In this document: in pieces, positions 28,750 to 38,816 of the stretch
Position numbering within the stretch: the first letter of the stretch is position 1
Layout: every line of letters starts with the position of its first letter
The notes under the pieces: generated by a model
What the model saw: the letters and a program-made list of their open reading frames with translations, nothing else
Databases searched by the model: none
Told to the model about the DNA's origin: nothing
Assembly: GCA_964537315.1 (NCBI GenBank)
Contig: CAZIAP010000001.1
Coordinates: 379,926 to 443,925, forward strand
Length of the DNA stretch: 64,000 nt
From: an uncultured Gammaproteobacteria bacterium
GTDB lineage: Bacteria > Patescibacteriota > Microgenomatia > Levybacterales > GWA1-39-11
Direction of reading: 5' to 3'
Position numbers and translations under genes: made by a program

Positions 28750-30177
28750 TTATTTTACTCCCCTCTTCTTAAATGATGGAATGAGATTAAAAGGAAACAA
28801 TCTATCACTCACTTGGGTTTGTTCTTTTTTTATTCCACTATCAAAAACTTTTAAAAAATTCTTCGTCACAATAATTGCAGAAAACATAGACACCAAGATT
28901 CCGATAGCTAACGTCAGTGCAAATCCCCTCACAATTCCTGTACCAAAGTAGAATAAAATAACACAGGTAATCAGACTCGAAAAATTTGAGTCTCTAATTG
29001 AGGTCCACGCACGCTTGAATCCTTGCTCAATCGCTTGTGCCTTTGTCTTGTTTTGAGCAAGCTCTTCTTTCATACGTTCAAAGATCAAAATATTAGCATC
29101 AACAGCCATGCCTATAGAAAGTATAAACCCTGCTATTCCTGCTAAAGTGAGTGTTACTGGAAGCGTTTTGAAAATGAAAAGTACAATCAGTGTATAAACT
29201 ATTAATGCCAAACTTGCCACTGCCCCTTCTTTTCGGTAAATATAAACCATGAAGAAAATGACAGAAATTAACCCTAATACTCCACCGAACAAACTTAATT
29301 TTAGCGACTGAATACCTAATGATGGACCTACGTTTGACTGTGCAGCAAGTTCTAAAGGAACAGGTAGTGCTCCAGCATTTAGCGCAATTGAAAGCGATTT
29401 AGCCTGTTCTGTTGTGTACCCTCCTGTTATTGATGCTTCACCATTTGGAATTTCTGTTTGCACAACCGGTGCCTGAATAACCTCGTTATCAAGTACTATC
29501 ATGACAGGTTCTCCTAAATTTCTTCTTGTAATATCAGCAAAAAGCTTTGTTCCTTCATTGGTGAAATTTAACACAACTTCTGTCGCACCTGTCTGGCTAT
29601 TAAATCCAACACTTGCTGCTTCTAAATCACGTCCTGTCAGCTTAGTCTGTACAGGAACTTTTCCTTGTGAAAAAAATACAGCTCCCACCGGATAGGCTGA
29701 AGAAGTTGCATCTTCCTGCGAAAGATCTTCATCTGATAGCTCCCAAAATGTTAGCTGTGCAGTTCTTCCGATTAGATCAATCGCTTGATTCACATCGGTA
29801 ACACCAGGTAACTCTACGATAACTCTATAATCTTCTCCTGTTCGCACTGTCTGTATCACAGGCTCTGAGACGCCAAAAACGTTTATTCTCTGCTCAATTA
29901 TGCTACGGGTTGACTCTAGCGCATCTTGCCTGCTTTCAAAAGGAATTTCATCCATTTTAAGGTCATATGTAAGTCTTACGCCGCCTTGCAAATCTAGACC
30001 TAGTTTATACGGTTGAATTAGTGGGATTTGAAGAGGTGGCTGTTCCTGTGTGGGATCAGATATAAAAGGGATGCTTGCTCTATCAATTGATAAATTGTAC
30101 TGAAATGGCAGATTTAGTACTAAGAGTATTAGCGAGGCAAACAGTATCAGCGTAACAAATACTCGGGGTTTTCTCAT
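28750..30177 (-). CDS. secD: protein translocase subunit SecD
   Basis: 'LGLDLQGG', 'GMAVDANILIFER'. Confidence 0.96.
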   Translation of the reverse strand: MRKPRVFVTLILFASLILLVLNLPFQYNLSIDRASIPFISDPTQEQPPLQIPLIQPYKLGLDLQGGVRLTYDLKMDEIPFESRQDALESTRSIIEQRINVFGVSEPVIQTVRTGEDYRVIVELPGVTDVNQAIDLIGRTAQLTFWELSDEDLSQEDATSSAYPVGAVFFSQGKVPVQTKLTGRDLEAASVGFNSQTGATEVVLNFTNEGTKLFADITRRNLGEPVMIVLDNEVIQAPVVQTEIPNGEASITGGYTTEQAKSLSIALNAGALPVPLELAAQSNVGPSLGIQSLKLSLFGGVLGLISVIFFMVYIYRKEGAVASLALIVYTLIVLFIFKTLPVTLTLAGIAGFILSIGMAVDANILIFERMKEELAQNKTKAQAIEQGFKRAWTSIRDSNFSSLITCVILFYFGTGIVRGFALTLAIGILVSMFSAIIVTKNFLKVFDSGIKKEQTQVSDRLFPFNLIPSFKKRGVK

Positions 30178-30183
30178 ATGAAT

Positions 30184-30759
30184 TTATATTAGTAGTGATT
30201 CTTCATCACCTACAAGCATTATTCTTGTTCCATAAATTATTGACAAGATGAAAGGATCTTGACGTTTTTTCCTAAAGTTAAACTCTTCTTCTGTCATGAC
30301 AGTGTAGTTGATCTCATTTTTCAACCGTGCCTCTTCTTTTCTGACTAACAATGTTAACTCAGGAAGTACTACTGTCCCAACTACAAGTAAATCAACTTCT
30401 TCATTGTTTTGTCTGATTCCTCTCACAAAACGCCCTGATAACATAGCATACTTTATCTTTCCAAGTTTTATTCGATTCTTGATAATGTCAGCTCCAATCC
30501 CTCGGCTTTTACTGATAAGTTTGATTATGTCGAAATAAAAAGGATAGTTTTTGTCTGGGTAGTAGTAGACTCTGTTAGCTCGAGGTTCTTTCTTAAGCAC
30601 ACCTTTTTTTTCTAAAAATATTAATTCTCGACGAACTGCGTTAATCTCCTCTTCTACACGTCTGACAATTTCTCTGACGTGAAACATTTCTTCAGGGGCT
30701 TCGAAAAATGAGTATAAAACTTTTACGCGAGTCTTGGATGTAATAAGATCTTCAAACAT
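30184..30759 (-). CDS. winged-HTH plus nucleotidyltransferase-like domain protein
   Basis: N-terminal 'SKTRVKVL..F...HVREIVR..EEINAVRREL'; C-terminal 'LSG.F..G....VDLLVVG...EINYTVM..EEF'. Confidence 0.75.
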   Translation of the reverse strand: MFEDLITSKTRVKVLYSFFEAPEEMFHVREIVRRVEEEINAVRRELIFLEKKGVLKKEPRANRVYYYPDKNYPFYFDIIKLISKSRGIGADIIKNRIKLGKIKYAMLSGRFVRGIRQNNEEVDLLVVGTVVLPELTLLVRKEEARLKNEINYTVMTEEEFNFRKKRQDPFILSIIYGTRIMLVGDEESLLI

Positions 30760-30808
30760 GGCTATATCTTGTAGCTATTATATTGGTTTAGGGTAGAAAT
30801 GTCGAGTA

Positions 30809-31969
30809 CTAATTTACCTCAACATTGGTATCCGGAGATACAACAGATAACCAGATTTGTCCAGGATTAAATTCAATTTCTTTTCCTCCGCTTGTTAAGA
30901 CAAGCCTTGCCTCTCTATTTGCTTTACTCCACCGAGCTTTAATTTCTTTGCCATCCATAAAGACTAGTGCATTTCCAGTCCCTGTAGTACCGTAAAGCAT
31001 GTGTAGATTACCTGGATAGCCATCATTTGCACGAGATTCTGTCATAAATAGCACAACAACATTTTTTGGCGCTAATTGCTTCTTTGTATTGAAATCAATA
31101 TGCGCTTCTCCTCCATTATTACGAAGATACGTATTTGATGCCTTGTCGTACTTATAGTCTACTGCGAAATCTGCATATCCATCCCAAAAATTAAATGAGA
31201 TAGTCTGTGCATTTGGACGTCCGGATGCAGGTGCGTCTTCTTTAAATTTATAAGGTCTGAAGTTGTCCGTCCACTCATTTCCGTCTGCATCAACATTTGA
31301 CAGCTCTCTTTGTTCTTTTGCAAAGTCCCACAGCTTTGTTGTTCCGGTATACATTGTGTGTTCTGTAGCACGATTAGGAAGACGTGATTCGTATCTACAA
31401 AGAATAGGGCACGGTACGCTGAACTGGTCTAAATCGTTGTACTGATTCCATCCATATCGACGAATTTGCCCTAAAGCATCTGCAGGACCAGGAGTATTTG
31501 CCCCTCCTACGTGTACGTATAACGGATATTCACCATACTCTGAGATGAAGTCAAGAAAATATGTACGTGCTGACCTTACAGGACCCACAAACTCTGCATC
31601 CTGACAGTGATATACTGCAAGAAATCTAGTGATTCCACCCTCTGCAACTGCCTCATATACTACATCAGCAAATGAGATACCAGACTGAGGACGAGCATCT
31701 GTGGAGTTCTCAACCATAATACCTACAGGACGATGATCTTCCCACCACTGACGCTGCTGCTTGGAGTACAAAGCGCCATTTAAAGGACAGGGTTCGGTTT
31801 TTGGAAGTGAGTCGTCAAACACCACGTTACCGTCTGCATCCCGACCTGCACCAGGAACCGGAGCTTCAATAATTGATCCTCCGAGGATATTGGTGAAAAG
31901 AAAATAAGACGATACTGTAGAGATGATATATAAGAAAACTCCGATAATTACTAATTTTTTTGTTTTCAT
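30809..31969 (-). CDS. DUF3048 domain exported protein
   Basis: 'MVENSTDARPQSG', 'EGGITRF', 'GPVRSAR'. Confidence 0.9.
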   Translation of the reverse strand: MKTKKLVIIGVFLYIISTVSSYFLFTNILGGSIIEAPVPGAGRDADGNVVFDDSLPKTEPCPLNGALYSKQQRQWWEDHRPVGIMVENSTDARPQSGISFADVVYEAVAEGGITRFLAVYHCQDAEFVGPVRSARTYFLDFISEYGEYPLYVHVGGANTPGPADALGQIRRYGWNQYNDLDQFSVPCPILCRYESRLPNRATEHTMYTGTTKLWDFAKEQRELSNVDADGNEWTDNFRPYKFKEDAPASGRPNAQTISFNFWDGYADFAVDYKYDKASNTYLRNNGGEAHIDFNTKKQLAPKNVVVLFMTESRANDGYPGNLHMLYGTTGTGNALVFMDGKEIKARWSKANREARLVLTSGGKEIEFNPGQIWLSVVSPDTNVEVN

Positions 31970-31972
31970 AGT

Positions 31973-32434
31973 TTATAAAGTTTGTGCTTCTTTCAGTGCT
32001 CTTTCTTCTTCTGCTGACAGACTGTGCTCAACTCCTTTTCCATTTTTTACACTTTTTGCGTACCACCTCGTACCAGCCCGTGTATGATAGCTTGAGATTA
32101 TTACCCCAGTATCATGTCCGTCCACAAGGGTAACGATAAAACTTTGATCTCCTCCTGTATCTTTAAACGGGTTAAACCTTAAGAGTCCTAGTTTTTGGAC
32201 ATGAAAAGAGACCTCTTTTTTTAGTTTATCATACTCGGAATTTATTCGCTCTATCTCTTTTTTATTCTCTTTCTCAGCTCGAATAACTTCATCTATCACT
32301 GCGATTAGAGAACTTTTCTCTCCTTTTTTTGTCGCACGAGTAAAGTATAAATAAAATCTTAAAAAAATTACCGTTACAAGGAGTAACCAGACTGTCAAAA
32401 GTCCTAATAAGATCAGCTCCGGACTCAAATTCAT
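31973..32434 (-). CDS. DUF4446 family protein
   Basis: 'QKLGLLRFNPFKDTGGDQSF', 'YAK', 'LSAEE'. Confidence 0.9.
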   Translation of the reverse strand: MNLSPELILLGLLTVWLLLVTVIFLRFYLYFTRATKKGEKSSLIAVIDEVIRAEKENKKEIERINSEYDKLKKEVSFHVQKLGLLRFNPFKDTGGDQSFIVTLVDGHDTGVIISSYHTRAGTRWYAKSVKNGKGVEHSLSAEEERALKEAQTL

Positions 32435-32495
32435 AGGTGCAAAATTTATTCTAGCCTCTTGACAGCCGTGTTGTCAATATGATACTTTTTGACTC

Positions 32496-32792
32496 ATGAG
32501 TAGAAAGAAAAAAACTCTGAAGCAGAAAAAGCTGAGTGATCTAAGAAAACATTCATCTGCTCCAGATATCGTTACTCAAAATGTAAGTCCAACATTTACT
32601 TATACTCCTGAACCCTCAACTAAACCTGCGACTTCACCCCATCCTAAGCAATCACCCAGCATCAGGATACATCAAACAGCTGATCTTAAGAAAAGCATGG
32701 TGATTTCAGTTATTCTTGTAATGATAAACACGGCAATTTACCTTCTCTATGCAAATAATATTATCCCATTGAGTATACTGGGATTAGAGTAG
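32496..32792 (+). CDS. hypothetical protein (basic N-terminus, C-terminal TM)
   Basis: 98-aa ORF behind a divergent promoter region containing TTGACAGCCGTGTTGTCAA. Confidence 0.65.
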   Translation: MSRKKKTLKQKKLSDLRKHSSAPDIVTQNVSPTFTYTPEPSTKPATSPHPKQSPSIRIHQTADLKKSMVISVILVMINTAIYLLYANNIIPLSILGLE

Positions 32793-32870
32793 AAGAGGTT
32801 TAGCCGCCCCAATTCTCTGTGAGGGGGTTTCGGCTGCTATCTAACTAAAGCACAGAGAGAAAGGTGGTGA
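32790..32870 (+). ncRNA. candidate pseudoknotted 5' leader RNA
   Basis: Stem TAGCCG-CCCC/GGGG-ttt-CGGCTG; loop TCTCTGTG (32814-21) is complementary to CACAGAGA (32851-58), adjacent to the SD. Confidence 0.5.
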
Positions 32871-32877
32871 ATTATAT

Positions 32878-33027
32878 ATGGCAATGATGTATTGCGTAAA
32901 ATGTCGCGATAAAAGAGAAGATCCAAATGCAGAGCCGGTAACCATGAAAAATGGTAAACCAGCTATGAAAGGAAAGTGTCCGGTTTGTGGAACAGGAATG
33001 TACAAAATCGGTAAACCAACCGCATAG
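32878..33027 (+). CDS. DUF5679-like small Zn-finger protein (49 aa), missing from the ORF track
   Basis: MAMMYCVKCRDKREDPNAEPVTMKNGKPAMKGKCPVCGTGMYKIGKPTA; two CxxC motifs; SD AAAGGTGGTGA. Confidence 0.88.
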   Translation: MAMMYCVKCRDKREDPNAEPVTMKNGKPAMKGKCPVCGTGMYKIGKPTA

Positions 33028-33046
33028 GATTTTTTCTTTTTAACAC

Positions 33047-33097
33047 CAAAAACCCGGTCTGATTTTTTTGAAATATAAAAAACAGATCGGGTTTTTG
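33047..33097. terminator. bidirectional terminator
   Basis: CAAAAACCCGGTCTG...CAGATCGGGTTTTTG between convergent genes. Confidence 0.75.
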
Positions 33098-33107
33098 CAT
33101 GGAGAAC

Positions 33108-34652
33108 CTATTCGTCTTTATCGAGTGGAATAAGTCTGTAAACCTTAACAACTGAAACTTCCCATTCGCCATCAATTTCGGCTTGTCCAAACCCTGCAAT
33201 CTCCCACAGTGAGTGGCCTAACGGTTCACAATCTTCTTCGCATATAATCAATAATTGATCCGTAACTGTCTTGCGTTCAGGGTCTACTATCTCGTTTTCA
33301 ATAGTGACAGGCTTCTTATTATTTAATTCGAAGTAATATCGGTACCCATGATCCGAGTTTCCTCCTGTCACCAATGCAAAATTAAATGGCTTATCTCCTG
33401 TCTGCGAAAGTACAAACTCAGAAATTGTGCGTATCTGATCCTTTTGACGATTAGGCTCGTAGCGTATAGGTGAAAAGTAAATATTAGGAACCAATATAAG
33501 ACCGAGTAATGCAAATGAAAAAATCTTGGTGAATATTGACCCACCCTTTGCTTTGTACACTGAAGAAAGCAAGTTTCCGATCATCAAGAAAGGAACGGGA
33601 AACATGAACCCAAAATAATAATCATAGATTGGTTTTTTATAAAACCCAAATGCCATTACGCCGATAATAAGCCAGCTCAGTAACAAACTCATCTGAATCT
33701 TATTTTTCATTTTAAAAATAATAATTACTGAGGCGATTGCCAAAATTATTATTCCAATCTTCCATCCTTGCAGAAGTAGATCATTATAATTTTCAAAATG
33801 ACGTGACTCAGGATAGTTTACAAGTAACCTTCCAAACACCCTAAAAAACACATCAGATACTATCTCAGAGTATGACGCATCAATACGGTTTGTTTGATCG
33901 TCTCTATTGAATATAAAACGAAAGATATTTTGAAGATTTGGAAATCCGTTTCTTATTTCAAATAATAAAAATGGAGAGAATCCAACAACAAATCCAACAA
34001 AAATAACCAGATACCTTACTACCAACTGAGAAATCTCACTCACCCATGATTTAGTCTTCTGAATCAATGTTCCGATACATGCAAAAACTGCAATGATTAA
34101 CGCGACAAAGGTTCCAAGATAATGCAACTGCATAATTATACCGAGTAAAATTCCCACACCCAAAAAATATTTCAACTTACTTTTGGTGATCGCAAAATAT
34201 AAGAGCAATAACGCAGCAGTGGTAAAAAAGGGCATGACATTCGGATTCCAAGAAGACCGAGAGTAAACAATAACTAACGGAGAAACTGCGTATAATAATG
34301 CAGCGATAATCCCTGTAGGTTTATTGAAAAATTTGCCTCCTATATAGTAAACAAGAAAAACAGTTGCGACCCCAAAAAGCGCAACCATTATTGCAGGTCC
34401 TACTGGATCAAGCTGCCATAACCATAAGAATGGAGTCATCAAGTAGTAGTAAATAGGACCCAAAAAAAAATCGCCTGCTGATGCGCGAGGTCCAAGAAGT
34501 GTGGGATCACCCTCAAGAATCTGTTTTACTACTAATACATCTCTCCCTTCGTCTCCTAAGAACGTCATATAATCACCGATTCTATAAAGACGTAAGAAAG
34601 CGGCAATCAGTAAAATTAAAAGTATGTGAAAGTTATGTTTTATAAAACGCAT
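33108..34652 (-). CDS. GT-C fold glycosyltransferase (GT39/ArnT, PMT_2-like)
   Basis: 'FLGDEGRD', 'GPIYYYL', 'YSRSSWNPN', many TM helices; ATG 34652 is coupled to the upstream TAA. Confidence 0.85.
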   Translation of the reverse strand: MRFIKHNFHILLILLIAAFLRLYRIGDYMTFLGDEGRDVLVVKQILEGDPTLLGPRASAGDFFLGPIYYYLMTPFLWLWQLDPVGPAIMVALFGVATVFLVYYIGGKFFNKPTGIIAALLYAVSPLVIVYSRSSWNPNVMPFFTTAALLLLYFAITKSKLKYFLGVGILLGIIMQLHYLGTFVALIIAVFACIGTLIQKTKSWVSEISQLVVRYLVIFVGFVVGFSPFLLFEIRNGFPNLQNIFRFIFNRDDQTNRIDASYSEIVSDVFFRVFGRLLVNYPESRHFENYNDLLLQGWKIGIIILAIASVIIIFKMKNKIQMSLLLSWLIIGVMAFGFYKKPIYDYYFGFMFPVPFLMIGNLLSSVYKAKGGSIFTKIFSFALLGLILVPNIYFSPIRYEPNRQKDQIRTISEFVLSQTGDKPFNFALVTGGNSDHGYRYYFELNNKKPVTIENEIVDPERKTVTDQLLIICEEDCEPLGHSLWEIAGFGQAEIDGEWEVSVVKVYRLIPLDKDE

Positions 34653-35812
34653 TAACCGACTAAGTCCTGGAGTTTGGAAAGGAAAGAAATTCTCCAACGT
34701 TTCCATATAAATATATTATACATAGTATAACTATAAGGAATTACAAAAAATCCGATTGCGATAATAAGGAATAGCTGTCTTGTATGCTCTCCAAACGCAT
34801 GAGTACCAAAAAAAAGTACAGTTGATATAATACCCAATGACCCTAACGAAACTAAGTTAAACTGTGGAAATTTAAGCAAAACTTTCCATGGATTAGTAAT
34901 TTTCTGCTGGTTAAATGCCCAAAAATTATTAACTACAAAATTCCAAATAATAGACATTTCTGCACCTATTGCTCCAGCTAGTGATGGATGTAAACCTTGT
35001 CGATAAAAGAACTCTAGTGAGATTGCATTAATCAAGTATCCGATAAACCCCGTCATCGCGTATTTTGAAAAAGGAGAATGCCATAGCTCGATTATTCTCT
35101 GTGTAATAACATACTTGAGTAAGTTAGTTATAAAATCTCCTGCAGCAATTTTTGAACGACCCAAAGTTCTGTCGACTGCTTTGAATGGAACTTCAACAAC
35201 CGTATAATGGTTCTGAATTGCTTTATGCAGGAATGCTACTTGAAAGGTATATCCTTTATATTTGTTTAGAGATTTTTCAACCGTAATAAATACTTCTTTT
35301 CTGATTGCTCGATAACCACCGGTCCAATCGTGAATATAAAACCTCATTAGGATTGCTCTAACTAACAAGTTACCTGCAATCGAGAATAGTTTTCGATGAA
35401 CTCCCCAATCTTTCGGAATAGACCCACCATGACTATATCTGGTACCTATAACGAAATCATATCCCTCATCAATCTTTTTCAAAAACTCCGGAACTTTATG
35501 TGGATCATGAAAAAGATCAGCATCCATCTCAAACAACACATCAGCATTCATTTTTTCTATAGCATATTTCATTCCCCGCACATAAGCAGCACCTAATCCT
35601 TTTTTCTCTCCTGAAGAGATCTCAATATTCTTCCACTTTTTCATTAAGCCTCGAATAACTTCTTCAGTCCCATCAGGTGATGAATCATCAGCCACTAGGA
35701 TAGACATATTGTAATTTTTAATTTTTGGAAAGACTTCAGTTTGCAGGATTTCGATTAACCTTTCTATATTGCCTTTCTCGTTGTATGTTGGAATAATTAT
35801 TACTGCATTCAT
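34652..35812 (-). CDS. polyprenol-phosphate mannose synthase-like GT2 fused to GtrA domain
   Basis: 'IIPTYNE', 'DDSSPDGT', 'MDAD..H.P', C-terminal 4-TM 'NFVVNNFWAF'. Confidence 0.9.
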   Translation of the reverse strand: MNAVIIIPTYNEKGNIERLIEILQTEVFPKIKNYNMSILVADDSSPDGTEEVIRGLMKKWKNIEISSGEKKGLGAAYVRGMKYAIEKMNADVLFEMDADLFHDPHKVPEFLKKIDEGYDFVIGTRYSHGGSIPKDWGVHRKLFSIAGNLLVRAILMRFYIHDWTGGYRAIRKEVFITVEKSLNKYKGYTFQVAFLHKAIQNHYTVVEVPFKAVDRTLGRSKIAAGDFITNLLKYVITQRIIELWHSPFSKYAMTGFIGYLINAISLEFFYRQGLHPSLAGAIGAEMSIIWNFVVNNFWAFNQQKITNPWKVLLKFPQFNLVSLGSLGIISTVLFFGTHAFGEHTRQLFLIIAIGFFVIPYSYTMYNIFIWKRWRISFLSKLQDLVG

Positions 35813-35814
35813 AG

Positions 35815-36759
35815 TTAGCTCCTAAAATATTCTATCGTTTTTTCTAGTCCTTGTTCCAGTGGCACTTTTGGTTCCCATGAAAGTAATTCCTTTGCGCGCG
35901 TGATGTCAGGCTTGCGTACTTTTGGATCATCTGTAGGTAAGTCTTCAAAAACAATATCAGATTCAGAATTTGTCATTGCCTTAACAGTCTCCGCAATTTC
36001 TTTGATAGTCCGCTCGTCTGGATTTCCCAGATTTAATACAGCGCCTTTTGTATTCTCAGTGAACATTGCTTTTTCCAGCGCGTCAACCATATCGCTAACA
36101 TAACAAAAGCTACGAGTCTGTAATCCGTCACCATAAATAGTAATACTCTCCTTACTGAGCGCTTGATTAATAAAGTTAGAGATTACTCTCCCATCATCGG
36201 GCTGCATTCTAGGTCCAAAAGTATTGAATAGGCGAACAATACGAACATCTACATCATATTTTCTGAGATATGCGAACGTAATAGCTTCACCAAATCGCTT
36301 AGCTTCGTCATATACTGAGCGCACACCATTTGGATTAACATTTCCGAAGTATGTTTCAGGCTGAGGAGAGACTTCGGGATCACCATAGATTTCAGAAGTG
36401 GAGGCAAATAAAAACTTTGAGTTGTTTCGCTTAGCCAGCTCTAGTAAATGATATGTCCCCTGAGAGTTGGCGAGCAATGTTTCAACAGGAAAAGCTATAT
36501 AACTCCGTGGGCTCTTTGCGTTAGGTGAGGCTGGCGACGCAAGATGAAATATTACATCAGCAGATATATCTTCGGGCAGTGGTTTAACTACATCATGCTG
36601 CAAAAATTTGAATAATGGATTTGAATATAAATGCCGTATGTTATCTTCACTTCCAGTAATTAGATTGTCGATTGCGACTACTTCGTGTCCTTTCTGTAAT
36701 AGAACCTCTGATAAATTTGATCCGATAAACCCGGCACCACCGGTAATAAGTACTTTCAT
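35815..36759 (-). CDS. UDP-glucuronate decarboxylase (UDP-xylose synthase)
   Basis: 'HLASPASP', 'STSEIYGDP', 'YDEAKR', '[10 protein letters not shown]'. Confidence 0.9.
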   Translation of the reverse strand: MKVLITGGAGFIGSNLSEVLLQKGHEVVAIDNLITGSEDNIRHLYSNPLFKFLQHDVVKPLPEDISADVIFHLASPASPNAKSPRSYIAFPVETLLANSQGTYHLLELAKRNNSKFLFASTSEIYGDPEVSPQPETYFGNVNPNGVRSVYDEAKRFGEAITFAYLRKYDVDVRIVRLFNTFGPRMQPDDGRVISNFINQALSKESITIYGDGLQTRSFCYVSDMVDALEKAMFTENTKGAVLNLGNPDERTIKEIAETVKAMTNSESDIVFEDLPTDDPKVRKPDITRAKELLSWEPKVPLEQGLEKTIEYFRS

Positions 36760-36809
36760 ATTTATATTATACGTACAACAGGGGAGAAAATCATAATAGA
36801 GCCTGAGAC

Positions 36810-37787
36810 TTATGAGTGAGATTTTTCTCTTTCAATATCAGAATTTACCATCATCTCAACCAGTCCTTCAAACGATGTTTTTGGCTGCCATCCCAGCTCT
36901 TCTCTGGCTTTTGTAGCGTCGCCAATCAGCAAATCAACTTCTGCGGGTCTTAAGTACTCAGGATTGTTTGCGACTACATAATCTTGCCAGTTATCAATCC
37001 CTACTGATTTGAATGCAAGTTCTACAAACTCCTGAACACTGTGTGTCTCACCTGTAGCTACAACATAGTCATCAGCTTTCTCTTGCTGAAGCATCATCCA
37101 CATTGCTTCTACATAATCACCCGCAAATCCCCAGTCTCTTTTTGCATCAAGCGTTCCTAACTCTAGTTTATCCTGTTTTCCCAAACTAATACGCGCAACT
37201 GCATGAGAAATTTTTCTGGTTACGAACTCAAGACCTCGTCGAGGTGATTCATGATTGAACAGGATTCCGGAGCATGCAAACATATCAAAACTTTCTCGAT
37301 AATTAAGTGTTATATAGTGTCCATACACTTTAGCTACACCATATGGACTTCTAGGATGAAAACGGGTAGTTTCTTTTTGAGGCACTTCAGTTACTTTTCC
37401 ATACATCTCTGAGGATGATGCTTGATAAAAACGGATTTTAGGATTGACTGTGCGAACCGCTTCAAGCATACGAGTAACCCCTAGAGCGGTGAATTCACCA
37501 GTTAGTAAAGGTTGATTCCAAGAGGTTTTTACAAATGATTGAGCTGCTAAATTATATACTTCATCAGGTTCAGATTTTTCTACTGCTTCAGTAAGTGAGG
37601 TCTGATCAAGCAGATCTCCTGCAAGCAATGTAACTTTATTTTCATCCACTAAATGTTGAATATTTACAAAGTTAACTGTACTTGTACGACGGGTTAAACC
37701 AAATACTTGGTAACCCTTAGAAAGTAAAAATTCTGCTAAGTATGATCCATCTTGACCGGTAATCCCGGTAATAAGTGCTTTTTTCAT
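36810..37787 (-). CDS. gmd: GDP-mannose 4,6-dehydratase
   Basis: '[12 protein letters not shown]', '[13 protein letters not shown]', 'RDWG'. Confidence 0.96.
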   Translation of the reverse strand: MKKALITGITGQDGSYLAEFLLSKGYQVFGLTRRTSTVNFVNIQHLVDENKVTLLAGDLLDQTSLTEAVEKSEPDEVYNLAAQSFVKTSWNQPLLTGEFTALGVTRMLEAVRTVNPKIRFYQASSSEMYGKVTEVPQKETTRFHPRSPYGVAKVYGHYITLNYRESFDMFACSGILFNHESPRRGLEFVTRKISHAVARISLGKQDKLELGTLDAKRDWGFAGDYVEAMWMMLQQEKADDYVVATGETHSVQEFVELAFKSVGIDNWQDYVVANNPEYLRPAEVDLLIGDATKAREELGWQPKTSFEGLVEMMVNSDIEREKSHS

Positions 37788-37859
37788 TGTTTTATCTTAC
37801 CTTTTTTATTAATCTGATTTCAACTCTGATTTAATCGTAATCACTATCAAACATCAATT

Positions 37860-38816
37860 CTATGCTATTGCTCGCCAATAGTCTAGTGTGTTTCTTAATG
37901 TCTCTTCAAAATCAATTGTTACTTTCCACCCAAGCTTTTTAATTTTCTCGGAATTACTCACCAGATGCGGCACATCAGACGGACGTAATCGAGAAGGATC
38001 TTCTGTTACTTCCATTGATACGTCAGACAAAGCAATAAGTTTATCAAGTACATCTTTTATCACAAAAGATTCTCCTCTTCCAATATTGTAAACCTCTCCG
38101 GGTGTGCCTTGTTCCATGGCTATCTGATAGGCACGTACCATATCTCGGACATCAGTAAAATCACGCTCTGCGTCTAAATTACCTACCTGAATCACTGAAT
38201 CTTTTTTACCTTTTTCGATCTCGGCAATCTGCTTAGCGAACGCTGAAACTACAAAAGAAGGTGACTGCCGCGGCCCAATATGATTAAAAGGTCGCACACG
38301 GATTATAGGCAGCTTGTAGGAAAGATAGTACTGCAATCCCAGTAAATCTTGCGTAGCTTTAGAGACTGAATAGGGGCTATTTGGACGAAACTCAGTATTT
38401 TCATCAATAGGTAGTTTTTCAACAGAGACAGCTCCATAAATTTCTGCGGATGATACAATAAGCAGTCGGGTATTTGTTAAGCTATTAAGCTTCAAAGATT
38501 CGAGTATATTTAGCTGTACATCAACATTATTATGAATAAACTTGACCGGATCATTATGACTATCAGCAGGAGAAGGTAAGGCAGCAAGATGATAAATTTG
38601 ATCAGGTTGTATAGAGGTAACAAGGTCATTAACTCTTTCACTATCAGTTAGATCAATTTTTACAAGATTAATTCTATCTTTTATCTGAGAAACATTTTCA
38701 AGACTACTGTCTGAGAGGTATGTACCATGAATTTCTAAGTCGTCACGTGATGAAAGATGTTCTGCTAAAAAGCTGCCTGCAAATCCGGTAATTCCGGTAA
38801 TAAGTACTTTCTTCAT
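37860..38816 (-). CDS. rmd: GDP-4-keto-6-deoxy-D-mannose reductase (Rmd-like SDR)
   Basis: 'SPYSVSK', 'RPFNHIGPRQ', 'GNLDAERDFTDVRD'; adjacent to gmd. Confidence 0.78.
   Translation of the reverse strand: MKKVLITGITGFAGSFLAEHLSSRDDLEIHGTYLSDSSLENVSQIKDRINLVKIDLTDSERVNDLVTSIQPDQIYHLAALPSPADSHNDPVKFIHNNVDVQLNILESLKLNSLTNTRLLIVSSAEIYGAVSVEKLPIDENTEFRPNSPYSVSKATQDLLGLQYYLSYKLPIIRVRPFNHIGPRQSPSFVVSAFAKQIAEIEKGKKDSVIQVGNLDAERDFTDVRDMVRAYQIAMEQGTPGEVYNIGRGESFVIKDVLDKLIALSDVSMEVTEDPSRLRPSDVPHLVSNSEKIKKLGWKVTIDFEETLRNTLDYWRAIA

Noticed and set aside
32794-32850. Resemblance to a preQ1-I riboswitch (AGAGGTT.TAGC...AACTAA)
   Set aside because: Loop length and spacing do not fit, the A-rich tail is absent, and the downstream gene is not queuosine-related.
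32963-33199. 78-aa minus-strand ORF
   Set aside because: Crosses a terminator and is antisense to the real 49-aa gene.
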